NCBI GenBank assembly: GCA_036229005.1
Contig: JAZAMN010000030.1
Span: forward strand, 32,001-96,000
Direction: 5' to 3'
From: Myxococcota bacterium
GTDB lineage: Bacteria > Myxococcota_A > UBA796 > CAJQPC01
Length of the DNA stretch: 64,000 bases
Of the stretch, positions 21,144 through 30,797 are shown one piece after another (position 1 is the first letter of the stretch; the number at the start of each line of letters is the position of its first letter). The notes under the pieces are model-generated. The model had not been told where the DNA came from, made no database searches, and saw nothing but the letters and a program-made list of their open reading frames with translations. A program made the position numbers and the translations under genes.

Positions 21144-22622
21144 CTACTCAACCCCCATCAGGCTCGCGGCGGCCTTCATGGCGACCTGTCCGGTCCACTC
21201 GGTCCACAGGCCGAACACCACCGTGGCGCCGACCATCACGTAGGTGGGCCACAGCATGGAGAAGGGGGCCTCGCGGGCATCCTCCACTTCTGCGGAGGGC
21301 TCCTTGAGGTAGGCGACCTCGACCACCTTCCAGACGTAGCCCACGGCCAGCAGGCTGGAGCCCAGAGTCAGGGCGGCGAGCCACCACTGGCCGGCGTCCA
21401 GGGAGGCCTGGACCAGGTACCACTTGGAGATGAAGCCAGCGGTGCCGGGCACACCGATGAGCGAGAGGCCGCCCACGACAAAGGCCAGCATGGTCCAGGG
21501 CATCTTGCGGCCCAGGCCGGCCATGTCCTCGATCCTGGAGGAGTTCAGCCGGTAGGTGATGTTGGCCACCACCAGGAACAGGGCGCCCTTCATCAGGCCG
21601 TGATTGAAGAGGTGGACCAGACCGCCTGCCAGACCAAGCTGGCTGTTCATGCTCAGGCCCAGGGTCATGTACCCGATCTGGGCCATGGAGCTGTAGGCGA
21701 GCAGCCGCTTGATGTGGGTCTGGTACATCGCGGCGATGGAGCCCACGAACATGGCGACCACGGACAGGGGCAGCAGCAGCCACTCCAGGTGCACCGTGCC
21801 GAACACGAAGGCGGCGCCGAAGATGGTGAACACCACCCGGACCAGCACGAAGTAGCTGACCTTGGTCGCCGTCGCGCTCAGGAAGGCGCTGACCACGCTG
21901 GGGGCGTAGGTGTAGGCGTTGGGCATCCACTGGTGCAGCGGGAACACCGCCAGCTTGATGGAGCTGCCGACCACCAGGAAGCCAAAGGCCAGCAGCACCG
22001 TGCGGGTGTGCATGACCGGCTCCAGGCGCTGGGCCAGATCCGACATGTTGAGCGTGCCGGTCATCTGGTAGAGAAGGCCGACACCGAGCAGGATGAAGGT
22101 GCCGCCGATGGTGCCCATCACCAGGTAGGAGAAGGCCGCCGTCAGGGCCCTGCGGCCCTTGCCCAGAGCGATCAGCGTGTACGAGGACAGCGAGGTGATC
22201 TCGACGAACACGAACACGTTGAAGGCGTCCCCGGTGACCGAGATGCCCAGCAGGCCGGTCATGCAGAGCAGGAACGCCGTGTAGAACAGGTACTGGCGCG
22301 ACTCCGGGATGGCCAGGCTCGCGGAGCCGGGGCCATAGGGGAGCACCAGCGAGGCGATGCCGGTGACGATCACCGCCAGGAAGGCGTTGGCGATGTCGAC
22401 CCGCAGCTCGATGCCCAGGGGCTGCTCCCAGCCGCCCAGGGCGTAGGAGATCGCACCGGTCTCCAGGGTCGTGGAGAGCAGGGTGATGGCGATGGCCAGG
22501 GAGACCCAAGCGATGCCGGTGGCCCACACCCGCACGACGCCAGGGCGCCGAAGGAAGAGGGAGAGGGGGGCCGCCAGCAGGGGAATCGCCACTTGCAGGG
22601 CGGGGAGGTGGTCGCGGATCAC
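21144..22622 (-). CDS. mrpD: Mrp antiporter subunit D
   Basis: GDAFNVFVFVEI, IKLAVFPLHQWMPNAY, IKRLLAYSS, NHGLMKGALF. Confidence 0.88.
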   Translation of the reverse strand: MIRDHLPALQVAIPLLAAPLSLFLRRPGVVRVWATGIAWVSLAIAITLLSTTLETGAISYALGGWEQPLGIELRVDIANAFLAVIVTGIASLVLPYGPGSASLAIPESRQYLFYTAFLLCMTGLLGISVTGDAFNVFVFVEITSLSSYTLIALGKGRRALTAAFSYLVMGTIGGTFILLGVGLLYQMTGTLNMSDLAQRLEPVMHTRTVLLAFGFLVVGSSIKLAVFPLHQWMPNAYTYAPSVVSAFLSATATKVSYFVLVRVVFTIFGAAFVFGTVHLEWLLLPLSVVAMFVGSIAAMYQTHIKRLLAYSSMAQIGYMTLGLSMNSQLGLAGGLVHLFNHGLMKGALFLVVANITYRLNSSRIEDMAGLGRKMPWTMLAFVVGGLSLIGVPGTAGFISKWYLVQASLDAGQWWLAALTLGSSLLAVGYVWKVVEVAYLKEPSAEVEDAREAPFSMLWPTYVMVGATVVFGLWTEWTGQVAMKAAASLMGVE

Positions 22623-23011
22623 GCGTCCTCCCGCGCGTCGATGGCCACGAGCTCGTCCTCTTCCACCGTTCCGTATGCCTCCTGGATCCGGACCACGAGG
22701 GCCAGACCCAGCGCCGTCGTCGCGATGCCGACCACGATGGCCGTGAGCATCAACACGTGGGGGATGGGGTTGGAGAACACCTGCTCAGCGTGCTCTGCGC
22801 CGTGCTCGCCGTGCATGTCCTCGAAGATGGGGGCGGTGCCGCCCAGGACCTTGCCGAGCGCCACGTAGAACATGATGACGCTGACCTGGAAGATGTTCAG
22901 GCCCATCACCTTCTTCACCAGGTTCTCCCGGGAGATCACGGTGTAGAGCCCGATCATCATCAACAAGATGACCACCACGTAGATCCACAGGCCGGCTGCG
23001 GATTCCATCAT
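22619..23011 (-). CDS. mrpC: Mrp antiporter subunit C
   Basis: NLVKKVMGL, NPIPHVLMLTAIVVG. Confidence 0.9.
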   Translation of the reverse strand: MMESAAGLWIYVVVILLMMIGLYTVISRENLVKKVMGLNIFQVSVIMFYVALGKVLGGTAPIFEDMHGEHGAEHAEQVFSNPIPHVLMLTAIVVGIATTALGLALVVRIQEAYGTVEEDELVAIDAREDA

Positions 23012-23475
23012 CGAGAGCTCCTCTGGGGAGGCAGGGGCTTGACCCGCTCCCGGCCGGCGAAGGCGTAGAAGATGGTGGTCATGGCCGCGGTCACGGTGAT
23101 GCCCACGCCCCCCTCGATGAGCAGCAGTCCGTAGTGCTCGCCGTGGTGGGGGTCGATGGCCTTGTACTCCAGGAACTGGCCGCCCAGGAAGAGGGTCCAG
23201 ATGCCCACGCCGCCGTAGAGCAGCACGCCCAGGGCGGTCAGGATCTCCACCAGGCGGGGGGGGACGGCGCGCTTGAGCGCGTCCAGCCCTTCGACCAGCC
23301 CATAGAGCACCAGGCCCGCGGCGAAGATCACGCCAGCCTGGAAGCCACCGCCTGGGCCAAAGTCACCGTGGAACTGCACGTAGAGCGCAAAGAGCAGGAT
23401 GAAGGGGAGCAGGTGGCGCGAGACCTCCCGCAGGATCACCATCTCGGACATGCGCATGGGGGCCTTGGAGCTCAC
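23008..23475 (-). CDS. mrpB: Mrp antiporter subunit B
   Basis: HGDFGPGGGFQAGV. Confidence 0.88.
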   Translation of the reverse strand: MSSKAPMRMSEMVILREVSRHLLPFILLFALYVQFHGDFGPGGGFQAGVIFAAGLVLYGLVEGLDALKRAVPPRLVEILTALGVLLYGGVGIWTLFLGGQFLEYKAIDPHHGEHYGLLLIEGGVGITVTAAMTTIFYAFAGRERVKPLPPQRSSR

Positions 23476-24059
23476 TCCTCACCTCCGTGCGCGGCGTCGT
23501 CGCCGGCCTCTTGAGCGGCGTCCTCCAGGGGGAGCGCGTCCTCGTCCTGTCGGCGGTGGGCCAGCAGCAGCATCACGCCGGTCGCGGCGGTGAAGATCAC
23601 CGTGGTCTCACCGAAGGTGTCGTAGCCACGGTAGGAGCCCAGCACCGCGGTCACGATGTTGGGGATGTGGAAGTGCTCCAGGGTGCCTTCGATGTAGGCC
23701 GGCGCCAGGTAGTGGTGGATGGGCGCGCCCGGATCCGAGTAGTGCGGCATGTCCGCGATGCCCCAGAGCAGGACTAGGCCCATCAGCACGACCACCGCAA
23801 GGGGCAGGACCTTGAAGCGCCCCTGCCGCTCGTGGGTGGGCGTCAGCGCGAGGGTCCCCAGGAAGAGCACCGTCGAGATGCCCGCGCCGACGGCCGCCTC
23901 GGTGAACGCGACGTCCACCGCGTCCATCAGGGTGAACAGCCCAGCCGAGATCAGCGAGAAGATGCCGGAGAGCATCGCAGCCGCCAGCAGGCTTCGGGTG
24001 CGGATGATGACCACCGCCATGGCCAGCAGGAAGGCGAACAGGATGGGTTCGACGGTCAC
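23472..24059 (-). CDS. DUF4040 / MnhB-N domain Mrp subunit
   Basis: AVDVAFTEAAVGAGIST, NIVTAVLGSYRGYDTFGE. Confidence 0.82.
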   Translation of the reverse strand: MTVEPILFAFLLAMAVVIIRTRSLLAAAMLSGIFSLISAGLFTLMDAVDVAFTEAAVGAGISTVLFLGTLALTPTHERQGRFKVLPLAVVVLMGLVLLWGIADMPHYSDPGAPIHHYLAPAYIEGTLEHFHIPNIVTAVLGSYRGYDTFGETTVIFTAATGVMLLLAHRRQDEDALPLEDAAQEAGDDAAHGGEE

Positions 24060-24415
24060 TGGGGCGCCTCTTCGTTCTCGTCCACCGCCTGGGCCTTGTC
24101 ATCGTCCCAGCGCAGCCCGCGGGCGTAGGCCGCCTTGACCAGGGCGTGGCCGCTGGTGGGGCTGGAGATCAGCAGGAAGACCCCGATGGCGAAGAGCTTG
24201 ACCAGCACAAGCCAGTCGCCCTCCAGGAAGTGCGGGAGGGTCTGCACGCCCAGCCCGGCCAACATCAGGCTGGCGCCCAGGGTGTCCGTCAGGGAGGCCC
24301 CGTGGGTGCGCGTGTAGAAGTCGGGGAGGCGGAGGATGCCGATTCCGCCGATGACACAGAAGATGCCGCCGCTCACCAGCAGCACCCAGGAGACGATGTC
24401 CAGGGCCAGGATCAC
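24056..24415 (-). CDS. mrpG: Mrp antiporter subunit G
   Basis: GILRLPDFYTRTHG, SPTSGHAL. Confidence 0.9.
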   Translation of the reverse strand: MILALDIVSWVLLVSGGIFCVIGGIGILRLPDFYTRTHGASLTDTLGASLMLAGLGVQTLPHFLEGDWLVLVKLFAIGVFLLISSPTSGHALVKAAYARGLRWDDDKAQAVDENEEAPQ

Positions 24416-24696
24416 AGGCGCCTCCGGGGCCGCTGGTCGTCGCGGGCCAGGCTGCCGAAGCGGGCGTACTTGAGGATGGCGACCGTGCCGATGAAGTTCA
24501 TCAGCGCGTAGATCAGCGCCAGGTCCAGGAAGTCGGGCCGGCCGACCAGGAAGCCCGCGACCGCGATCAGCAGGACCGTCTTGGTCCCGAACATGTTGAG
24601 CGCCAGGATCCGGTCGAACACCGTCGGGCCCAGCACCGCGCGGGTGAAGGCCAACGCCATGGTGACCAGCACCGCGCTCATCGCCGCCCAGAACAT
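24412..24696 (-). CDS. mrpF: Mrp antiporter subunit F
   Basis: GPTVFDRILALN, DLALIYALMNFIGT. ATG overlaps the mrpE stop. Confidence 0.88.
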   Translation of the reverse strand: MFWAAMSAVLVTMALAFTRAVLGPTVFDRILALNMFGTKTVLLIAVAGFLVGRPDFLDLALIYALMNFIGTVAILKYARFGSLARDDQRPRRRL

Positions 24697-25184
24697 CAGG
24701 CCTTCCCCGGGGCGCTCTGCCCCTCGACCCGCTGGCACTTGCGGTCCATGGTCCCTTCCTGCACGCCCTCGGCGGTGTCCTGGGTCAGCGCGTGCACCAG
24801 CAAGCTCCCGTCCCGCAGGTCCAGCGTGATGGTGCCCGGGGTCAGGGTGATGCTGTTTGCGTAGAGCGTCTGGCCCAGGGGGGTCTTGGGGCCGCAGGGC
24901 ACGCGGATGAGCTGCGGCTTGATCGGCATCTTGGGCGAGAGGATGACCCGCGCCACGTGCAGGTTGGAGAGCAGGATCTCCTTGAACAGGTAGGGCAGGT
25001 ACAGCAGCAGCCGCAGCCAGAACCCACTGTTCGACCCCTTCTCGTCCGCCCCCAGGCGGCGGGTCAGCAGCGCGACGAAGGCGCTGGAGGCCACCCCGAA
25101 GCCGATGGTGAGCGGCTCGTACACCCCGGACCACGAGAGCCAGGTGGCCAGCAGGACGACGAAGATGATCAGAGTGCGCGCCAA
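24696..25184 (-). CDS. mrpE: Mrp antiporter subunit E
   Basis: SNLHVARVIL, ANSITLTPGT, LLVHAL. TTG start at 25184 is inferred. Confidence 0.85.
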   Translation of the reverse strand: MARTLIIFVVLLATWLSWSGVYEPLTIGFGVASSAFVALLTRRLGADEKGSNSGFWLRLLLYLPYLFKEILLSNLHVARVILSPKMPIKPQLIRVPCGPKTPLGQTLYANSITLTPGTITLDLRDGSLLVHALTQDTAEGVQEGTMDRKCQRVEGQSAPGKA

Positions 25185-25275
25185 GAGCGAAGAGGCTCCC
25201 AATGAGGGCGCGATTAAAGCACGAAGGCGGGGCCTGACCCCCGGACTGCACAGTCCGTTGACACCCCGACGATCC

Positions 25276-26832
25276 TCAATGGATCCCGCCATCGGCCTGA
25301 AACAGAGGAGGGGCCGCCAGGAGACTCGGGCCGCACTGGAGGGGTGCTTCGGCGTCAGAATCCTGTTTCGCCCGTTGTTTCAAGAGTTCTTCAAGCGGTG
25401 CCCCGGCCTCCTGGGCCAGGCGATCCGCCAGCTCAGGGTGCCCACAGCCCGATGCCCACGCCGCCGCGTGTCCGGGGAGGGGTTGGGCCGATGCGCGGAT
25501 CCCCTGACAAGCCAGCAGATCCGCCCGCAACGCCAGCGACTCCGGGAGCGGAGCGAGATCCCGGCTGCGCTCCATGGCTGTCCCCACCGCTCCGGCCTGT
25601 GCCAGGCCGGCCACCTCCTCCCACCCAGCCCACAGCAGGATCTCGTCCTCGGCGAGGACAGACTGGGGCGTCCCCGCCAGCGCCCCAGGACCGCAGTCCC
25701 CGATGCTCGCCGTGCGCCCCCCCGCGCTCAGGGTCCAGGCACCGGAGCTGCTGCGGGTGACCTCGACGGGGACGCCAGCCAGTTGCCCGATGGTGTGCGC
25801 CGCAAGGGCGGTAGCGGCGGGAGGACCTCCTCCGTAGCGCAAGGCCACCGCTGGATCCCCCCGTTGACCGGCCCCATGCGCCAGAGGCCCGTAGCTGTGG
25901 CCCGGATGCGCGACCAAGCCCAGCAGGCGGCCCGCCGGATCGGGGGCCTGGGCGACGCTCTCGGCCAGTGCGTGGAACAGCGGCAGATCGCCCTCGTGGA
26001 CGCCCGGCAGCGGGGGGAGGGGAGCCGGTGCCAGCTCGGGCTCCAGCAGCGCCAACAGCATCGCCATACACGCAGGATCGGGGCTCGAGCAGTCGCTGTC
26101 GTGGTCCTGCAGCGCCAGCAGCGCCGGGGTGTCCAGCTCCTGGATGGGGCGGCCGTCCTGCAGGCGTGTCCGGGCCTCGCTGATCTCCGCGGGCGTCAGA
26201 CCGAGCCCGTCCAGCGCCCCCGCCACCAGCAGCTCGGGCAGGCCGTTCAGCGGGTCGTTCTCGGGGACCAAGGTCGGCCACCGAAGCTCCCGCTCCAAGG
26301 CCGCAGCCAGCTCTCCAGCCGCTTGGGGGTTGCCCTGAGCGAATGCCAGCGCCGCATGCAGCCCCGTGGGATCCGGGGGAATCGCACCCTCGAGCTCCAG
26401 GAACATCGTCTGGGTAAGCGCCTGGCGGCTCCCGGGACCCAGGCGACCGCGCTGCAGCTCTTCGGCCACACGGGGCCGGTACTGGGACGGCTCCTCGCGC
26501 AGCAGGACCCGCGCCCCTCGGAGCTGCAGGCTCTCCGGGCCCACGACATCGGTCAGCGCGTTGTCTGCGAGCCATGTCAGGACCGCCGGGTGTTCACGGG
26601 AGAGCGCCTCAAGGTGGCCGCAGGGGTCCATCGACTCCCGATCCAGCAGCGCGATGAGCTCCGCGTCGGTGAGGGAGGGGAGCTGGGTGCACGGAGCGCT
26701 CGTGAGCACCGCCTGGGCTCGGTCCCCCACCCAAGGCAGCTTGGCTCTGCGCGCCGGCGAGGACATCAGCAGCGCGACCCCGCCGAGCACGGCGGCGGAG
26801 ATCAGGCCCAGGAGCTGTCCTTTGCTTGGCAC
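25276..26832 (-). CDS. Hypothetical exported or membrane-anchored protein
   Basis: 518 aa ORF with N-terminal hydrophobic segment and genome-typical codon usage. Confidence 0.55.
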   Translation of the reverse strand: MPSKGQLLGLISAAVLGGVALLMSSPARRAKLPWVGDRAQAVLTSAPCTQLPSLTDAELIALLDRESMDPCGHLEALSREHPAVLTWLADNALTDVVGPESLQLRGARVLLREEPSQYRPRVAEELQRGRLGPGSRQALTQTMFLELEGAIPPDPTGLHAALAFAQGNPQAAGELAAALERELRWPTLVPENDPLNGLPELLVAGALDGLGLTPAEISEARTRLQDGRPIQELDTPALLALQDHDSDCSSPDPACMAMLLALLEPELAPAPLPPLPGVHEGDLPLFHALAESVAQAPDPAGRLLGLVAHPGHSYGPLAHGAGQRGDPAVALRYGGGPPAATALAAHTIGQLAGVPVEVTRSSSGAWTLSAGGRTASIGDCGPGALAGTPQSVLAEDEILLWAGWEEVAGLAQAGAVGTAMERSRDLAPLPESLALRADLLACQGIRASAQPLPGHAAAWASGCGHPELADRLAQEAGAPLEELLKQRAKQDSDAEAPLQCGPSLLAAPPLFQADGGIH

Positions 26833-27448
26833 CCCTTCAAGCTAACCGCCCTCTGGAGGCCGTCAGGTCCCCACGCACGAAGAGGGTGGGCGAAGGGGCT
26901 CGCCCACCCTGTCCGTCGTGCTGAATCCTGCCCGCCGGATCTCCCGCGGCGCATCGGCACCCGTTTGGCTGGGCGCGACCCGGAGGACCCGGGCTGGGGC
27001 GGAGCGGCCCCGAGGCGTGGACGCTGGTGCCTGAACAGGCTGCGCTGCGGTCGTGAAAGGAAGGATTGGCCCCGCCCCGCGGCCCTTGGGGGGCTGCGGA
27101 GCGGGAGGGTCGGTCTGAGCGCGCGCCCCGAAGCGAGGCGGATTCTCAGGGGCCGGGCTGCCGGTCTCCCAGGGGGGAGGGGGAGGTGGGGGCAGCGGTG
27201 TGAGGGCGGGGTCCGGTGTGGCCTGGCGGGTCAGCGGGAGGGACTGCGGCAACGGGAGATCAGGCACATCGGAGCCGGGCGCAGGAGAGGCGATGAGCCT
27301 TCCAGCGGGGGGAGCTGGGAGTCTCGGATTCGCGCTTGGGTTCCCCTGTGCGGCGACCTGATGTTTGTACCGGTTCATGGGGGCAGGGTCAACGCGAAGA
27401 ACTCCGATGACAGGCCGATCTACGGGCGCTAAGGGGCCTCGCTTGGGC

Positions 27449-27588
27449 TGTGGACAACTCTGGTCGAAGGGCCCTGGATCCGCGCCCTGATCGGGGTCCT
27501 CGATCCGGACCCGGGGTGTGGAAATCGGGGGCTGATTTCGGACCCTTTCACCCTCCCTGGCAAGGATCTGTGGACAACCTGTGGGGAA
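27449..27588. promoter_or_regulatory. Cluster of co-oriented DnaA-box-like 9-mers
   Basis: TGTGGACAA at 27449 and 27569, TGTGGAAAT at 27517, TGTGGGGAA at 27580. Consensus reverse complement is TGTGGATAA. Confidence 0.55.
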
Positions 27589-27629
27589 GGGGAGTGAAGG
27601 CCCTGACTCTGGCGTGATAGGACCCAACC

Positions 27630-28595
27630 GTGGCTGTACTCCCCCACCGGCTGCGCCCAAGGATCGCCTCCTTGCCCCCCCGAGCGCTGCGCTCCTTGCT
27701 GCGCTTCGGGCCGCGCTCCCGCAGACTCAGCGCTGCCCGCCGTCTGGCCGAGCTCGGAGACCCGGAGAGCGCGCTCCCAGCGCTGCTGAGTGCCCCCGAG
27801 CCCGGCCTGCGGCGCGTCGCTGCGGCCTGCAGTCCTCCCGACCAGGTCCGCGACGCCTTGGAGCGGGAACGAAGCACCTCGGTGGCGGTCGCGATGTCTC
27901 TGCGGTGTCTACAGGCCGGCCAACCTCAGGCGGTGATCCACGGGCTGCTCCGGCGCCGCTGTCTGGTCCCTGTCCCCCTCCCCGAAGGCTCCCGGGTCCC
28001 AGAGTCTGCCCTGGGGATGGGCCTCGCGAGCCCGGAGCGCCTGCTGGACGAGCGCCTGGACGGCAGCACCCGGGGCTGGGAGGCTTGGCAGGAGGCGTGG
28101 CGGCAGGCCGGAAAGCGGGAGCAGAACCGGCTGCTGGTGGAGCTGGGGTGGATCGGGGACCCCCGGGCGCTCGGGCTCCTGGAGGGACTGCTCGTCAGCA
28201 TGGACGTGGACCCCGGGCGGGGCTTTGCGTGGCGTCGCCTGTCTGCGCTGGCGATCGGCCGCATCGGGGACCCGGGCGCGACCCCCGCACTCATCCGCGC
28301 GATCGAGGTCGAGGCCGCGGAGCACGAGGGCCGCCCCGGCGCAGGGCTGGGCATCCAGTTCCCCGTGCGGGCGGTGCTCCTGTGGGCGCTGGGTGAGCTG
28401 CAGGACCCCGCGAGCCTCCCGACCCTGCTCGGCCACCTGGACCAGGACGCAGGCAGCGCGCTGGGGGGACTCCACCTGCCGGCGCTGGGGGCGCTCTACA
28501 AGCTGGGTGAGGCCGCGCGGGAGCCTCTGGAGCGGGTCGCGTCGGGGCAGTCCAAGGCCTCGGCCCGGGCGGCTGCGCTGCTGCAGGTCCTCTGA
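27630..28595 (+). CDS. HEAT-repeat (PBS lyase-like) protein
   Basis: Repeated helical units ALAIGRIGDPGATPAL, WALGELQDPASLPTL, ALGALYKLG. Confidence 0.7.
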   Translation: MAVLPHRLRPRIASLPPRALRSLLRFGPRSRRLSAARRLAELGDPESALPALLSAPEPGLRRVAAACSPPDQVRDALERERSTSVAVAMSLRCLQAGQPQAVIHGLLRRRCLVPVPLPEGSRVPESALGMGLASPERLLDERLDGSTRGWEAWQEAWRQAGKREQNRLLVELGWIGDPRALGLLEGLLVSMDVDPGRGFAWRRLSALAIGRIGDPGATPALIRAIEVEAAEHEGRPGAGLGIQFPVRAVLLWALGELQDPASLPTLLGHLDQDAGSALGGLHLPALGALYKLGEAAREPLERVASGQSKASARAAALLQVL

Positions 28596-28616
28596 GGCCT
28601 GGGCCTCAAGGCCGAC

Positions 28617-29276
28617 TCAGGGGCGGGAGCTGGTGCTCGCGGTGCCGCCCTCGTGGGCCTCGTACTGGTCGCCGAAGCCGGCCTCGATGCGGACCATGCC
28701 GCCGCGGAAGACCTTGACCGTGTAGATGTCGTGGTCGGTGCCCTTCTGCGCCTTGTTCGCGAACACGTAGTCGATGCTGGACGCATTGCTGCTGTAGCCG
28801 AAGTCGGAGGCGTCGTTGGTGACCCAGCCGCGGGGGTTGAACACGATGGCCGTCACGTCCGGCTCGACCAGGCCCACGTTCTTGACTTTGTAGGTGCCCG
28901 TGGACAGGTCCCGCACGCCCTCTCCGCTGTAGGCGTCCGTGCTCTTGGAGGCCTCGTAGGGGAGTTGGTCCCAGAAGGTGGAGTTCAGGTTCTTGTTGCC
29001 GACGTAGAGCGACCACGCGCCCGCACCCGCGCCGGGGTTGTAGGGGTCGGTGTCGTAGTCGGTGACCACCAGCCGCGTCTCCTTGTCGTTCATGATCGCC
29101 ATCATGCGGAGCTCTTCCACGTCGGCGGCGAACTGCTCGGCGGCGTCCCGGGCCTTGTAGCGGGGGATCAGCTCAGTGAGCGCGCCCACGCCCAGCGCAG
29201 CGAGCACGACGATGAGGCTGATGACGATCATCAGCTCGATCAGGGTGAACGCAGCGCGGGCTCGACGGTGCAGCAT
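28617..29276 (-). CDS. Minor pilin / FimT-GspH-like prepilin
   Basis: RAA|FTLIELMIVISLIVVLAALG and AIVFNPRG. Confidence 0.8.
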   Translation of the reverse strand: MLHRRARAAFTLIELMIVISLIVVLAALGVGALTELIPRYKARDAAEQFAADVEELRMMAIMNDKETRLVVTDYDTDPYNPGAGAGAWSLYVGNKNLNSTFWDQLPYEASKSTDAYSGEGVRDLSTGTYKVKNVGLVEPDVTAIVFNPRGWVTNDASDFGYSSNASSIDYVFANKAQKGTDHDIYTVKVFRGGMVRIEAGFGDQYEAHEGGTASTSSRP

Positions 29277-29317
29277 GGGGGGATTGTGGCAGGGGCTGGG
29301 GCGGCTGTCCATGGGGA

Positions 29318-29776
29318 TCAGCCCAGCAACTCGCGCAGCGCCTTGTCGGAGGCCCCTGCGTACTCCTGCGCGCGGCGGGTGTTCAGGCGGGCCAGGAGCT
29401 TGTGGGGGTCGCCGCCCTCTTGCTTGAGGCGGCGGTAGCTCTTCTCGGGCAGCTCCAGCTCCTTGAAGCGGGCCTTGACCTGCGCCCAGGCGGCCTTGTC
29501 GAGCTTGGCCACCGCGTCCTTGTGCAGCCGCTGCAGCTCCTTGGCGCCGCGCTTGTCCCCTCTGGCCTTGAGGGCCTTCTGGATCTTGAAGGAGAGGTCG
29601 ATGAGCTTGGGGAGGCTCGCGTCCTCTGGGACCACCTCCTGGTCCTGCAGGGCGCGCAGCCACGGGCTGTCCGACAGCGACTCCACCAGCGAGGACTGGC
29701 TGGGTGCGGGCGCCTGCTCCCGCGCCTGAAGGTCCTGGGTTCCGGACAGAGCTCCCTTGAGGGCATCCTTGAGCAC
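29318..29776 (-). CDS. Hypothetical helical protein
   Basis: GTG with AGGAGGA RBS. K/E/L-rich, typical codon usage. Confidence 0.65.
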   Translation of the reverse strand: MLKDALKGALSGTQDLQAREQAPAPSQSSLVESLSDSPWLRALQDQEVVPEDASLPKLIDLSFKIQKALKARGDKRGAKELQRLHKDAVAKLDKAAWAQVKARFKELELPEKSYRRLKQEGGDPHKLLARLNTRRAQEYAGASDKALRELLG

Positions 29777-29963
29777 CGCGTCCTCCTGGCTGTGACGGCT
29801 GATCCTGAGCGCCCCTATCCCCTTGACGGGCCCCCCGCGATCGCCTAATAGCGCGGGGTTGTCGCCAGGCTCATCTGACGGCAGCGCGCCCTGCGGGCCC
29901 ACGGTCTCCGACCGAAACCCCTCGCAGGGCTGTACTTGCACCAAGAAGAATGGAGCGTGCCAC

Positions 29964-30581
29964 ATGGCTCGTTATCGTGGACCCCGGCTCAAGAAGTGCC
30001 GGGCTGTGGGTGTGGTGCTTCCCGGTCTGACGACCGCCCGTACCCTGGAGCGTCCGACGCCTCCGGGTGTGCACGGCGCTCGTCGTCGCGGCAAGCCCTC
30101 CGACTACAAGGTTCGTCTGATCGAGAAGCAGAAGCTTCGCTTTCACTACGGCATCCTGGAGAAGCAGTTCCGCCGCTACGTCAAGGAGGCCTCCCGCCGC
30201 AAGGGCGCTACCGGTCAGGTCCTCGTGACCCTGCTCGAGAGCCGCCTGGACAACGTGGTCTGGCGCCTCGGTCTGGCCCCCACCATCCCCGCCGCTCGGC
30301 AGATGGTTGTGCACGGCCACATCAAGATCAACGGCAAGCGCGTCGACCGCCCCAGCTACGCCGTGAAGCCCGGCATGCAGATCACCGTGCGTGAGAAGAG
30401 CATGTCCAAGAGCTTCGTGCAGGCACGCCTGGAGCAGTCCGCTGCCAACGTCACCCCCCAGTACCTCGAGTTCGACCCTGCAAAGGCCACCGGATCCATG
30501 ATCCAGGCCCCTGGAATGGACGACCTGCCCTTCCAGTGCAACATGCAGGCCATCATCGAGTTCTACTCCCAGACCCTGTAA
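29964..30581 (+). CDS. rpsD: 30S ribosomal protein S4
   Basis: MARYRGPR, EKQKLRFHYG, LESRLDNVVWRLG, ARQMVVHGH, IIEFYS. Confidence 0.96.
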   Translation: MARYRGPRLKKCRAVGVVLPGLTTARTLERPTPPGVHGARRRGKPSDYKVRLIEKQKLRFHYGILEKQFRRYVKEASRRKGATGQVLVTLLESRLDNVVWRLGLAPTIPAARQMVVHGHIKINGKRVDRPSYAVKPGMQITVREKSMSKSFVQARLEQSAANVTPQYLEFDPAKATGSMIQAPGMDDLPFQCNMQAIIEFYSQTL

Positions 30582-30596
30582 GGATAGGAGACTCCC

Positions 30597-30791
30597 ATGG
30601 CTAAGAAGGGCCAGGGTCGCGTCATCGTGACCCTCGAGTGCACCGAGTCCCGTCAGGCCGGTGTGAAGGTGCGCGGTGTCAGCCGCTACACCACCACCAA
30701 GAACAAGAAGAACACTCCCGGTCGCCTGGAGCTGATGAAGTACAACCCCTTCCTTCGTCGGCACACCTTGCACCGCGAGATCAAGAAGTAG
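30597..30791 (+). CDS. rpmG: 50S ribosomal protein L33
   Basis: [41 protein letters not shown]. Confidence 0.96.
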   Translation: MAKKGQGRVIVTLECTESRQAGVKVRGVSRYTTTKNKKNTPGRLELMKYNPFLRRHTLHREIKK

Positions 30792-30797
30792 GTGGGT

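Noticed and set aside
16431..22868. 2145-aa plus-strand ORF
   Set aside because: Antisense shadow of the Mrp operon, typical of high-GC DNA, with no recognisable motifs.
26863..27660. Pro-rich 265-aa minus ORF
   Set aside because: Atypical codon usage, no motifs, and it overlaps the DnaA-box cluster. A shorter gene from ~27378 cannot be excluded.
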